Shown here piece by piece: positions 1 to 10,082 of a stretch of 64,000 bases of DNA. A program made the position numbers and the translations under genes. Every line of letters starts with the position of its first letter. Positions within the stretch are counted from its first letter, which is position 1. Below the pieces are notes generated by a model. The model saw only the letters and a program-made list of their open reading frames with translations, was not told the origin of the DNA and searched no databases. The stretch comes from Planctomycetota bacterium (GTDB taxonomy: Bacteria > Planctomycetota > UBA1135 > UBA2386): positions 5,984,001 through 6,048,000 of the forward strand of contig OZ245006.1 in the NCBI GenBank assembly GCA_965223545.1, read 5' to 3'.

Positions 1-2478
1 ACCGGTCGCGGCCAGGACTACGTCGCCGAGATCGCGCACTTCGTCGGCGCCGAGCTCGCTGTGGTGGAAGGACGATGCCAAGCCCTCTTGTTGCGCCGTC
101 GCACTCACGCTGAAAGAACCGGCCGGAAGCCGGCCGGAGTCGAACCGTCCCTCGCGGTCGAGGCGAAGCGGGCGCACGAACGGGGCGCCCGCCTGCATCA
201 GGGTGACCTTCGCGGTGGTGACCGGTCTGGCGTTGCCGTCGACGACCCGCCCGCGCAGCCTCGCCGCCGGCAGCGCGTCGAGCTGGATGTGCACCGGCTC
301 ACCCGGAACGATGCCCTGTCGCACGGCAGCGCTCACCGCGACGTCGTCGACCAGCACGCGCACCTCGTGGGGGACGGGTGGCAGATCGCGGAACGCGCAC
401 CACCCGCCCGCGTCGGTTGCGCCAGTGCTCTGGTGCTGCGAGTTCCCCGACGGATCGGCGCGCCGCAGCTCGATCCGCCAGCCGGAGAGCGGCGCGCCGG
501 CGGGGCCGCGGAGCTCCACCTCGAGGGTGGAGCCCGCTTCCAGCACCGGATCCCAGCGCAGCTCTTGGCCCGGCTGCGGCTCGACTTCGGTATCGGTGCT
601 CAGGCCACCGCGCTGCGCGCTCACGCCGTGCCGCCGGGGAAGCAGGCCGGCCAGCGCGTAGCGACCGTCCTGGTCCGACGTGGTGCTGGGCTGGCTGAAG
701 GGCCCCAGCCCGGTCTCGCCGTGCATCCAGGCGCCGACGCGTGCGCCGCCCACCGGGGTGCCGTCGGGCCGGCGCACGACGCCGCGAAGCGTCGCGCCTT
801 CGCCCAGCTGCAGGGTGACCCGTTGCTGCGCGTGCGGGTGCAACGTCACCCATCGCGCGCTCGCCCGACTGCGCTCGCCGTCGGCGGGCATGGCGCCGAC
901 GAACAGCCCACCGGGCGGCAGCCAATCCGCCGCGAACACGCCGCTTCCGTCGGCGACCAGGTCGTGCAGCTCGCGCTGCACGAAGGGAGACTCGGCACCC
1001 TTGTCGACGCCCAGCCAGACACGTGCGTGCGCCACCCCCTGGCCGTCCTCGCCCACGACGCGGCCGGCGAGCCGCGCAGCGCTGCCGGCGCCGCCGGTGA
1101 CCAAGCGCACGTCGGCCGTGCCGCTGCGCTCTGGCAACGCGTGCCGGCGGCTCGGAGTGCGCCCGGACGCCCGCGCCCAGAGGTGTAGGTTGCCGCGCAG
1201 CCCCTCCGCGGTGAACGTGCCGTCGGCACCGCTGCGGGCCAAGCAATACGATCGGTTGCCGTTCGCCATGGCGCGGACCTCGGCCGCCACCGGTCCTCCG
1301 CTCGCATCGACCACGCGGCCGCGGATCTGCCAGCCGCCGCCGATCTCGATGCGGATCTCCTCGACCGCGCCGGCGCGGGCCGAGAACGGCCGCCGTTCGC
1401 CGCAACTCGGCAGCTCGCACACGTAGTCGCCCGGCGCGAGGTCGGCGACCGTGAACGGCGTGTGCTCCGGGGTCCACCCCTGCGCGACGACGGCTCCGTC
1501 GAGATCCTCGCGGGCCACCGTGATCCAGAACGGCAGTCCCCGCGCCGCGCGACCGTCGCGCAGCACCTCGACGCGCACCGCTCCGGTCGGGGCAGCGACC
1601 GGCGTCGGTGTCGGGATCGGTTCGCGGCGAGGTTGGGGGGTGGCGGAAACGTCTCGCGCCGCGGCCGCCGGTGTGTCTGGGCCCATGGCAACCCGCGCCG
1701 GAGCGCGTTCGGCTGCCGTGGGATCGATCGCCGCGTCGGCGGAGAACCAGCCACCGGCCCAAGCGCCCGCGCCGACGGCGAGCGCCAGCGCGGCGCCGAC
1801 CAAGAGCTTCTTCGACATCATCATCACTCCAATCCCCGCGGTCAGCCCGGCGGACGCGACGGCCATCGGCTGCGGCGCGCGCGCCAGCACGCGTGCGCGC
1901 AAGGCCGCGAGCCGAGCGCCGTCCGGCACCAGGACCGCGAGCCCCGGCGCGAGTCCCGCCGGCAAGCGCCGGCGCAGGCGGTCGAGGCCCCGCGCGATCT
2001 GGTTGCGCACCGTGCTGGCGGAGCGGCCGTGCGCGCGCGCGATCTCCGCCGCGCCGAGGTCGTGCCGCAAGTGCAGAATGAGCACGTGCCGGTAGGGCTC
2101 CGGCAGCGCGTCCAGGACGGCATCGCACCGCGCCAGCAGCTCGCGCCCCGCGACCACGTCGCCGACGTCCCCGCCGGTGGCCTCGGCAGTCACCGGTGCT
2201 CCGCCGCGGCGTTCGGCTCGGTTTTGCTGGCGCAGATGGTTGGCCAGGATCGCCAGCAGCCATGGCACCACCCGGCGGGCCGGGTCGTACTCGTGCGCCT
2301 TCTCGATCGCCGTCAAGAACGTGCTCTGCAGCGCGTCTTCCGCGCGGTGTGGATCGCGCGTCAGATGCAACGCGACCCGCATCAGCTCGGGCGCCGTCCG
2401 GTCGAACACGACCGCCAGCGCCCGGGCATCCCCCGTGGCCTGGAAGCGGCGGAACCAGCGGTCGGCGCGGAGCCCCAT
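1..2478 (-). CDS. ECF sigma-70 factor fused to a TM helix and extracytoplasmic carboxypeptidase-regulatory-like repeats (3' end outside window)
   Basis: Absent from the ORF track (no stop in window); the ends and key segments were translated by hand from ATG 2478: MGLRADRWFRRFQATGDARALAVVFDRTAPELMRVALHLTRDPHRAEDALQSTFL...PWLLAILAN (sigma2); LPEPYRHVLILHLRHDLGAAEIARAHGRSASTVRNQIARGLDRLR (sigma4); KKLLVGAALALAVGAGAW (TM). The same frame is open at base 1 (GRFDSGRLPAGSFSV...RDLGDVVL). Confidence 0.85.
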   Translation of the reverse strand, partial: MGLRADRWFRRFQATGDARALAVVFDRTAPELMRVALHLTRDPHRAEDALQSTFLTAIEKAHEYDPARRVVPWLLAILANHLRQQNRAERRGGAPVTAEATGGDVGDVVAGRELLARCDAVLDALPEPYRHVLILHLRHDLGAAEIARAHGRSASTVRNQIARGLDRLRRRLPAGLAPGLAVLVPDGARLAALRARVLARAPQPMAVASAGLTAGIGVMMMSKKLLVGAALALAVGAGAWAGGWFSADAAIDPTAAERAPARVAMGPDTPAAAARDVSATPQPRREPIPTPTPVAAPTGAVRVEVLRDGRAARGLPFWITVAREDLDGAVVAQGWTPEHTPFTVADLAPGDYVCELPSCGERRPFSARAGAVEEIRIEIGGGWQIRGRVVDASGGPVAAEVRAMANGNRSYCLARSGADGTFTAEGLRGNLHLWARASGRTPSRRHALPERSGTADVRLVTGGAGSAARLAGRVVGEDGQGVAHARVWLGVDKGAESPFVQRELHDLVADGSGVFAADWLPPGGLFVGAMPADGERSRASARWVTLHPHAQQRVTLQLGEGATLRGVVRRPDGTPVGGARVGAWMHGETGLGPFSQPSTTSDQDGRYALAGLLPRRHGVSAQRGGLSTDTEVEPQPGQELRWDPVLEAGSTLEVELRGPAGAPLSGWRIELRRADPSGNSQHQSTGATDAGGWCAFRDLPPVPHEVRVLVDDVAVSAAVRQGIVPGEPVHIQLDALPAARLRGRVVDGNARPVTTAKVTLMQAGAPFVRPLRLDREGRFDSGRLPAGSFSVSATAQQEGLASSFHHSELGADEVRDLGDVVLAATG

Positions 2479-2581
2479 CGCCCGTCCTATGCGTGCACCC
2501 CCACCTCCGTCGCAACGTTCGAAGCCCGGCTCGCTTCTTTTTTGCGCGCGAGGCGGGGGGCGAAGGCGCCGCGTAAGGGCA

Positions 2582-3583
2582 TCAGTGAGAGGCCGGCGTC
2601 TCGTGATGAATCGGAGCCTGGCTCCGTACGTTCGCGGTGACTTCGAGGTGCTCGAGGGTGCGGTCGGGGGTCAGGGTGACGGTGGTGTGGGCCGGGAGGA
2701 AGACGGCGTCGCCGGTCGCGATCGTGTGGCGTGTCTCGCCGAGGTCCAGGGTGGCGTGGCCCGCGCGGACGAACCAGAACGTGTCGGTCTCGGTGGTGAG
2801 GGGGGCTGGGGGCGCGGGGTTCGGGCAGCGCACGAGGTGCGCGGCGGCGAGTCCGCCGGTGGCGGCGCCGATGCCGGTGTCGACGGCCTCGAAACCCGCG
2901 AGCGGCCAGGCGACCGCCGGGGCCGCGGCCGCTGCGACGTGGTGGACGAACCGTTGGCCATCGTAGGTGCGCGCCTCGTCCGGCGCGGCCTCCGGCAGCG
3001 TGCACGCCGCGTCGAACCAAGTCTCGTGCTCCGCCGGACAGGCGATCTCGACGACCTCCAGCGGGCCGCCGGACTCGAGCACACGGTGGCGGATCTCCGG
3101 CGGCTGCAGCACGGTGTCGCCCGGCCGCATCTCGATCGGCGCGCGCCGGCCCTCGTACGCGACGCGCACCCAACCCCGCAGGCAGTGGATCAGCTGGAGC
3201 TGCACGTGGTGGTAGTGCACGGCGTCGTCGACCGGACCCTCGTCCGGCACGCGAATGTGCGAGGCGATCCACTGTCCACCGGCGCGATCGGGCAGCAGGT
3301 CGCGGTAGAGCATGCCGGCCCGGCCAGGGTGGAACGCGGGCCCCGCGCCGGCGGAGGTGATCCGCACCCCCGACTGCGCCGCCGGCGCGGCCGCGGCCGG
3401 CAGTCCGGCCTCGATCGGCTGCAGACGCACGCGCGTGCCGTCCGCCGCCAGCAGCGCCACGCGCGGCGCGTCGGCGGGGAAGATGGCCTCGAGCCGAAAG
3501 CCCAGCGACCGAAAGTAGCGCAGCGTCGGCTCGAGCGGCGTGCACGAGATGACGACGTCGGCGTCGTGGTCAGCCGCCGACAC
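2582..3583 (-). CDS. Cupin domain protein with N-terminal glyoxalase/VOC-like segment
   Basis: HYHHVQLQLIHCLRGWV...GDTVLQPPEIRHRVLE cupin motif; second cupin-like segment GDAVFLPA. Confidence 0.7.
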   Translation of the reverse strand: MSAADHDADVVISCTPLEPTLRYFRSLGFRLEAIFPADAPRVALLAADGTRVRLQPIEAGLPAAAAPAAQSGVRITSAGAGPAFHPGRAGMLYRDLLPDRAGGQWIASHIRVPDEGPVDDAVHYHHVQLQLIHCLRGWVRVAYEGRRAPIEMRPGDTVLQPPEIRHRVLESGGPLEVVEIACPAEHETWFDAACTLPEAAPDEARTYDGQRFVHHVAAAAAPAVAWPLAGFEAVDTGIGAATGGLAAAHLVRCPNPAPPAPLTTETDTFWFVRAGHATLDLGETRHTIATGDAVFLPAHTTVTLTPDRTLEHLEVTANVRSQAPIHHETPASH

Positions 3584-4421
3584 GCGCAGAGGATCCTCTC
3601 GCGCCGGTTGCGCGCAGCGCTGCCAGCGCCGCTTGGCGCACCATCCAATGCGCGGCGTAGGTCGGGTGCAGATCGTCCCAGAACAGATGCGTGTTGGGCT
3701 GCGCGACGACGACGCCGCTCGGCGCCAGCGCCGGCTGGGTCACGTTGGAAAGTTCGAACTGGCCCGGGGCTTGGATCAACTGGTCGAGCAGGGCGAACGC
3801 GTCGACGCGCGCGATCCGAATCGGCAGCTGCGCCTCGAGCTGGGCCAAGACCTGGGCCAGCGCGTTGTTGTAGCTGATGCACAGCGAGCGCGCGGCGCGC
3901 GCCGCGGTCGCGCCGCCGGCCGCCACTCGCGGAGTGGCTCCCAAGTCGGGCAGGTTGGGCACGACGAAGTGGCGCGCACCGCGCACCGAGAGGTTCGCGA
4001 TCGCCGTTGCCACGTTGGTCATCGCGTTCTGCAGGGCCGCCTGCGCCGAGCTGGCGCCAGCGAGCACGGGGAACAGGTCGTTGGCGCCGACCCACAGCGC
4101 GACCAGCGCATCGCCGGGGATCGCGCGGCGCGACGCCAGCAGCGTGTTGACCTGGCCGAGCACGTTGTTGGAAGTCGAGCCGCCGACCGCGAAGTTGTGG
4201 TGCCGGTCGATCTGCAGGTGCCACGCCAGCTGGTCGACCCAAACGGGGCCATTCGAGAAGCGCCCCTGGTAGTACGGGGGCGCGGGTTGACCGGTCGCCG
4301 CGAACAAGTTGCCGGTGTCGGTCAAGCTGTCGCCGAACGCGAAGATTTCGGTGAACGACAGCTGAGCCGGAGCGGTGCCGGTGATCGCGCTCAGCACCAG
4401 CAGGGTTGTCGAGAGGCGCAA
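3570..4421 (-). CDS. Secreted SGNH/GDSL hydrolase
   Basis: FGDSLTDTGN, GRFSNG, GAND and DDLHPT blocks; signal peptide; TTG start after GGAG. Confidence 0.9.
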   Translation of the reverse strand: MRLSTTLLVLSAITGTAPAQLSFTEIFAFGDSLTDTGNLFAATGQPAPPYYQGRFSNGPVWVDQLAWHLQIDRHHNFAVGGSTSNNVLGQVNTLLASRRAIPGDALVALWVGANDLFPVLAGASSAQAALQNAMTNVATAIANLSVRGARHFVVPNLPDLGATPRVAAGGATAARAARSLCISYNNALAQVLAQLEAQLPIRIARVDAFALLDQLIQAPGQFELSNVTQPALAPSGVVVAQPNTHLFWDDLHPTYAAHWMVRQAALAALRATGARGSSARVGG

Positions 4422-4540
4422 GTTGGCTCCTTCGGTGTTCTGGGGTTGCCGCCATGGTAGCGCGGTGCCGCTCCATCGCGCACCGCCGGTGGCGGTCGTG
4501 CGGTTGTCGGCGACCGGCGGCCGAGTAAGGTTGCGTGCCG

Positions 4541-5977
4541 ATGGGCACTGCACCCCGGATTCTCGTCGCCGGCGGCCTCTTGCTCGCCGGCGGAGTGCTC
4601 GGTTTCGCGCTGGGGTCCGCGCACGGCGTCGGTGGGGCGCGACCAGACTCTGCGCCGCCGGACTCAGCGTCGCCCGACTCCGGCACACGCCGTGGCAACC
4701 CGACCGTCCCGACCCCGTCGAGCGGCCGCGCCCGCCCGCCCGCCGATCCGGTCCGCGCGGTGATCGACGTGCCCTACACGCGCGGCACCTCGGCGGCCCC
4801 GGAGGTGCAGAGGGTCACGCTGTTCGAGCCCGACGCGGTGCAGCCCGGCGTCAACCTCGTCGTCTCGGGCCACGCGCCGACCGCGCAGCTGGTCGACTTG
4901 AAGGGCAACGTCCTGCACACCTGGCAGACCACGTTCGAAGCGGTCTGGGAGCCCGGCACGCCGACCTACCCGCCCAACACCAGCCGCGACTTCTTCCGCC
5001 GCGCCCTCCTGCTGCCCGACGGCCACCTGCTGGCGATCTTCGAGGGCACGGGCGTGGTGCGCCTCGACCGCGAGTCGCGCGTCGTGTGGACCTATGCCGG
5101 CGGCTGTCACCACGATCTGTGGATCGACACCGACGGCAACATCCACACGTTGGGGCGGCGGTTGCGCGCGGACGTGCCGGACGCGCTGCGCGGCTTTCCG
5201 ACCTACTTGGAAGGACCCTACATGGAGGACACCGCGATCATGCTCTCGCCGGAGGGCGAAGAGCTGCGCGTGCTGACGATCCTCGACGCGGTCGTCTCCT
5301 CCGACTGGGCCAGCTCGGTGATGCTGCTGCCGCGCGCCGGCGACTTTCTCCACCCCAACACCCTCGAGGTGATGGATGGCCGCTTCGCCGACCGCCACCC
5401 CATGTTCGCCGCCGGCAACCTGCTCCTCTGTCTGCGCAACAGCAACACCGTGTGCGTGCTCGATCCGGCGCGCGGCACTCTGGTTTGGGCTCTACAGGGG
5501 TTGTGGGGGCTGCCGCACGAGCCCACCGTGCTCGACAACGGCAACTTGCTCGTCTTCGACAACGTCGTCGCCGACGACGCGTCACGCATCGTCGAGATCG
5601 AGCCGCGCACCCACGAGATCGTCTGGGAGTTTCGCGGCACCCCTGAGCAGCCGTTCTTCAGTGGCGTCTGCGGTTCGGCGCAGCGCCTGCCCAACGGCAA
5701 CACGCTGATCGTCGAGACCACCGGCGGCCGCGCGTTCGAAGTGCAGCCCGATGGGCGCATGGTGTGGGAGTACCTCAACCCGCACCGGACCACTGCCGAG
5801 GACAGCGCGCCACCCGAGTCGGCGGATGACGCGCCGTTGATCGCCAACCTGTTCGACTGCGTGCGGCTGGATCCGGCCCGGTATGTCGATGCTCTGCCCG
5901 CACTCGCACCGTTGATCGATGGCGCTCCGCTCGAGCTCGGACCGGCCGAGCGCCTGTTGCGGGAGGGCAAGCAGTAG
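4541..5977 (+). CDS. Arylsulfotransferase (ASST)-like beta-propeller protein
   Basis: N-terminal hydrophobic anchor; HHD and HPN motifs; repeated LPNGNTLI/LDNGNLLVFDN and IVWEF/MVWEY. Confidence 0.8.
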   Translation: MGTAPRILVAGGLLLAGGVLGFALGSAHGVGGARPDSAPPDSASPDSGTRRGNPTVPTPSSGRARPPADPVRAVIDVPYTRGTSAAPEVQRVTLFEPDAVQPGVNLVVSGHAPTAQLVDLKGNVLHTWQTTFEAVWEPGTPTYPPNTSRDFFRRALLLPDGHLLAIFEGTGVVRLDRESRVVWTYAGGCHHDLWIDTDGNIHTLGRRLRADVPDALRGFPTYLEGPYMEDTAIMLSPEGEELRVLTILDAVVSSDWASSVMLLPRAGDFLHPNTLEVMDGRFADRHPMFAAGNLLLCLRNSNTVCVLDPARGTLVWALQGLWGLPHEPTVLDNGNLLVFDNVVADDASRIVEIEPRTHEIVWEFRGTPEQPFFSGVCGSAQRLPNGNTLIVETTGGRAFEVQPDGRMVWEYLNPHRTTAEDSAPPESADDAPLIANLFDCVRLDPARYVDALPALAPLIDGAPLELGPAERLLREGKQ

Positions 5978-6001
5978 CGAGACGCGCCAAGCGCCGGTGC
6001 G

Positions 6002-9000
6002 TCAGAGTCCGCCGACGATCTCCAACCCAGCGGAGAAGCTCAGCAGCCCGCGATACGCTCCCTGCGGATCGAGCACGCCGTACTGGGCGTGGAACATCGC
6101 TCCCGCGAGGCTCGGCACGACGGGCAGGAGCACCGCCGCGGCGCCGGTGGCATCCGTGAAAGTCGGGACTGCCACCAGTGGTGGCTGGGTCCAGAGCCGG
6201 CAGCCACCACCCAGCGCGAGCCGTCCCCGCCCGAGCGCCAGCGTCATCGCGGCTGGGGAGCCGGGGCGGGCCAGGCGCAGCTCGACCGCAAACGGTGCCG
6301 TCGCGCTGGCGCGCGGCTCACCGCGCACGTCGATCGTCGGCACGACTCCGCCGGTTCCGGGACAACCCGAGCCGTACACCTCGGCCGCGTAGTCCCCGGT
6401 CTCGAGCAAGTCGAGCGCGTGCAGCTCTTGGCCGGTGAAGCCGTCGGACGCCGTGAAGACGACTCGGGTGCCGGTGCGCACGAAGCCGCCTGCGTAGCTG
6501 TGCAGCGGCGCGATGTCGCGCAAGAGTCGCGTCCCCGCAGCCGTGCCGTCGGTGATCCAGGGTTCGTTGCCGAGGACGCCATCGTCCGCGTTGAACACCT
6601 GCCGCGTTGCCCCGGGCATGCTCCACGTGCGGTTCGACGTGTCGGTCGGCCCCAGCTTGCGCAGAATCGCGGTCCCGGTGCTGCTGCCGTCGGTGCGCCA
6701 CAGCCAGGTCGCGGTGCCGTCGTCGGTGATGAACACCAGCTCTCCACCGGCCGGTCGCAATGGCGAGGCCACGCCGGGAACATCGCGCACCTTTTGCGTG
6801 CCGGCCGCCGTGCCATTGGTCTTCCACAGCGCGTCGCCGCCGTCCGTCGTGAAGAACAGGAGCTCGCTGCCCAACACCTGCAAGCCGAAGGGCCTGCTCG
6901 CTGCGGGGCCTGGCACCAGGTCGGCGAACAACGACGTCCCCATAGGCGTGCCGTCCGATCGCCAGAGCTCACGCCCGTTCACACCGTTGTCCGCATCGAA
7001 GTACACGTAGTTGCCGAAGCCCGTGGGCGCGAAGAAGTGGGTCGAGGTGGTGACGCCGGCGGCGATGTCACGCAGCAATCGCGTGCCCCCCGGTGTGCCA
7101 TCGGTCACCCACGGCTCTTGCCCCGTGGCTTGGCTGTTGCCGAGAAAGTAGACCCGGCCGTTCCACTCGGTGAAGTTCGTGCTGAAGGGGGTGGAGCCGG
7201 CAGGGCCCGGGTTCGCATCGGTGATCAAAGCCGTTCCCTGCGCGGTGCCGTCCGAGATCCAGGGCTCGACGCCGTGGGTGCCGTCGTCGGCGGCGAACAC
7301 CACCCGATCTCCGAGTCGGGCCGAGCCGCGCGGAAACGATGACCCGAGGCCGGGGCGGAGGTCGGCGAGCAGACGCGTACCGGCCAACGTGCCGTCGGAG
7401 ATCCAGAGCTCGGTCCCCGCGATTCCGCCGCTACCGGCAAACAGGAAGAAGTCGTCGAGAGGCTCGAACAGCCCTCCGGTGGTGCCGGCGAGCAACGCAG
7501 TGCCAGCGGTCGTGCCGTTGGTCTGCCACAGACCCCGCCGGTTGGCAGAATCGGTCGCAGCCCAGTACGCGAGGCCGTCGAACGTCCCCAACGGGGTCGG
7601 CGATGAGCCGCGGTTGAGCGGCGATGGGTTGATGTCGAGCAGTCGCCTGGTCCCCGCCGTCGTCCCGTCGCTGACCCACGGTTCGCGCCCGACTTGGCCG
7701 TCATCGGCAGTGAACAGGAGCGTACTACCGATCGGTGTCGGCTCGTACGGAGTCGATCCCGCGACACCAGGGCGCACGTCCTTGAGCAGCACGGTGCCGG
7801 CGGCCGTGCCGTCCGTCTTCCACATCTCGTGCCCGGTGGGTCCGGTGGCGGCGAAGTAGACCTCGTTGTTGAAGCTGGCCCCGCCGCCGGAGTTGCCCGC
7901 TAGCTGTGGCCCGAAGTCGAGGATCCAGGAGGTGCCGGCGGAAGTGCCGTCGGTTCGGACCAGGCCCCGCACGAAGAGGGAGCGACGGGCCGCGAAGATC
8001 AGCTCGTTGTTGCCCAGCGGCGCGATGAAGTCCGGCTCCGACCCCAACCACCAACTTCCGCCGCCGGGAGTCAGGTCGGCCAAGAGCTTCGTGCCCGCGA
8101 TGGTGCCGTCCGTGACCCAAGGCTCCTCGGCGTAGGCCGAGGTGTCGGCGGTGAAGTACGCCGTTTTGCCGACCACGAAGATCTCGCGGATCGCGGCGCG
8201 CCCGGGGCCGGGCTCCAGCTCGCCCAAGTGTCGCGTTCCGGCCGGCGTACCGTCGGTGATCCACAGCTCACCGGAGCTCACGTTGTCGTAGCCTGCGAAC
8301 AGTACCTGGTTGCCGAACGAGCGCATCGTGTGGCCGTAGAGCTGCCCGAGCCTGGCCGTGCCGGCAGTTGTCCCGTCGCTCGTCCAAACCTCGAAGTTGG
8401 AGTTGGGGTCCGCCACGGTGAATACGACTCGCTGGCTCGCGGCTGCGATCCAGCGCGGGCCAGAGGGATAGGCAGCCGCGCCGGGCACGATGTCCTTGAC
8501 CAGGCGCGTGCCGGTGGCGGTGCCGTCGGTCACCCACAGCTCGGCGCCGGTGCGGCCGTCGTTGGCGTAGAAGAAGACGTGGTTGCCGGCGCGCGTGAGC
8601 GAGTTGGGAGCGGACCCGGTCGGCCCCGCAATGATGTCGGCCACCAGCGTTGTGCCTGCCGCAGTGCGTCGGTCTTCCACAGCTCGTGACCCGTTGCCGG
8701 TGTCGTCGCGGTGAAGAGGACCTCACCGGTCGGCAACGCGCTGAAGTTGCCGGGGAACGACCCGCGGTAGCCGGGAAACAGATCGATCACCAGGCGCGTG
8801 CCGGCGGTGGTCCCATCGGTGAACCAGAGCTCTCGTCCGGTTTCGAGCCTTTCCGCGCAGAACAGCGCGCCTCCCAGCCCCGGCCACAGCGTGGCGGGTG
8901 ACGACGTGCGCACCACGGGATCCGGCACCTGGTTGATGTCCGCGATCAGGGTCTGGCCGTGCGCGACGGACGCGGTGGCGCACAGCGCAGCCAACGACTT

Positions 9001-9018
9001 CGTCAGGTAGCGATTCAA
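6002..9018 (-). pseudogene. Secreted ELWxxDGT-repeat protein split by a 1-bp deletion near 8667 (pseudogene or assembly error)
   Basis: ORF 8530-9018 (signal peptide + ELWFTDGT, ELWKTD) continues as ORF 6002-8680 (TAAGTTLV..., many ELW/EPWxxDGT repeats). The junction reads GAC GC ACT where GAC GGC ACT (D-G-T) is expected. Confidence 0.85.
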
Positions 9019-10019
9019 GATTCTCTCCCATCTCCAATGTTCGTCACCGTGTGTGGCTCACACGCAACCGGTCCAGAGTAGCCGACGCTGCGTGGTCTAG
9101 CCATCCGCTCGGTCTTGGCCCTCGGCTTCGACGGCGCTGGCTGCAGCTGCCAGCGATTCCGCGCCGGGTCGTAGCTGCCCGCGCCGTAGCCGCCCCCGCG
9201 CACGCGGCGGCCGCCCACGATCTCGATTGCGCCGTCGCGCACCACCGCCGCCGGCATCACCAGCCAGTGCGGCGACCGGGTGATCTCCGTCCAGGCGTCG
9301 GCCTCCGCGTCGTAGCACAGGCTTGCGGCTTCGGCGAATACGAACAGGCGATGCCCCACGACTGCCACCACCGCGAACTTGGCGTGGAGCGCGACCGGTG
9401 GGGGAGCGCACGCGCTCCAGCGCTCGCCGTCGAACGCGGCGTGCCCGGACGGCGCTGCACCGAGACCGCCGACGCAGTGCAGGCGGTCGCCGACCACCGC
9501 GAAGACGTGCAAGTGATCGCCGGGCGCGAAGCCGGGGGGCGGGGTCGCTGCCGAGACCATGCCCGTCGCGGGGTCGAACACGACGTGGCCCGATCGGTCG
9601 TCTGGAATGCCACCCAGCACGTGCAGGCGTCCCCGGAACGCCGCCACCACGTGGTGCGACCGCGGCAGCTCGCCGTCGTCGTACACCGTGGACCACGCAT
9701 CCGCGGCGGGGTCGTAGCGTTCGATCGTCGTGCCAACTGCGTACAGGAAGCCGTCGATCACACTCGAGCCAAAGAACGTCCGGCCCAGGGCCATCGGCGC
9801 GCGCGCCGTCCACTGCGCTTCGCCCGGCGACCAGGCCAACACCTCGCGGGTGCCGTGGTCCCGTTCCTCGCGCGCGGAACCGCCAACCACATACACCGTG
9901 TCGCCGATCAGATGCGCCCGGTGGCCGTGCCGCTCGAGCAGGGGAGGCTCCTGGCCTTGGAGGCCCGCCACGAGGCAGGCGATCGCCAAGAGTCGCGATT
10001 GCGCACCGCACCCGGACAT
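9015..10019 (-). CDS. Kelch-repeat protein, probably secreted
   Basis: Repeated YVVGG/LHVLGG/CVGG and YDPAADAW motifs; hydrophobic N-terminus. Confidence 0.85.
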   Translation of the reverse strand: MSGCGAQSRLLAIACLVAGLQGQEPPLLERHGHRAHLIGDTVYVVGGSAREERDHGTREVLAWSPGEAQWTARAPMALGRTFFGSSVIDGFLYAVGTTIERYDPAADAWSTVYDDGELPRSHHVVAAFRGRLHVLGGIPDDRSGHVVFDPATGMVSAATPPPGFAPGDHLHVFAVVGDRLHCVGGLGAAPSGHAAFDGERWSACAPPPVALHAKFAVVAVVGHRLFVFAEAASLCYDAEADAWTEITRSPHWLVMPAAVVRDGAIEIVGGRRVRGGGYGAGSYDPARNRWQLQPAPSKPRAKTERMARPRSVGYSGPVACEPHTVTNIGDGRES

Positions 10020-10082
10020 GCGGACAGGATCGCAGATCCCGGTTGCCTTCGCGAGTCGCACCACGGAGTGGCTTCCGGCGCC

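Noticed and set aside
299..2515. 738-aa minus-strand ORF in the track
   Set aside because: Arg/Gly/Pro-rich wrong-frame translation; the real ECF gene is in another frame of the same strand.
8655..8680. Programmed ribosomal frameshift or phase variation
   Set aside because: No slippery heptamer or homopolymer tract at the junction.
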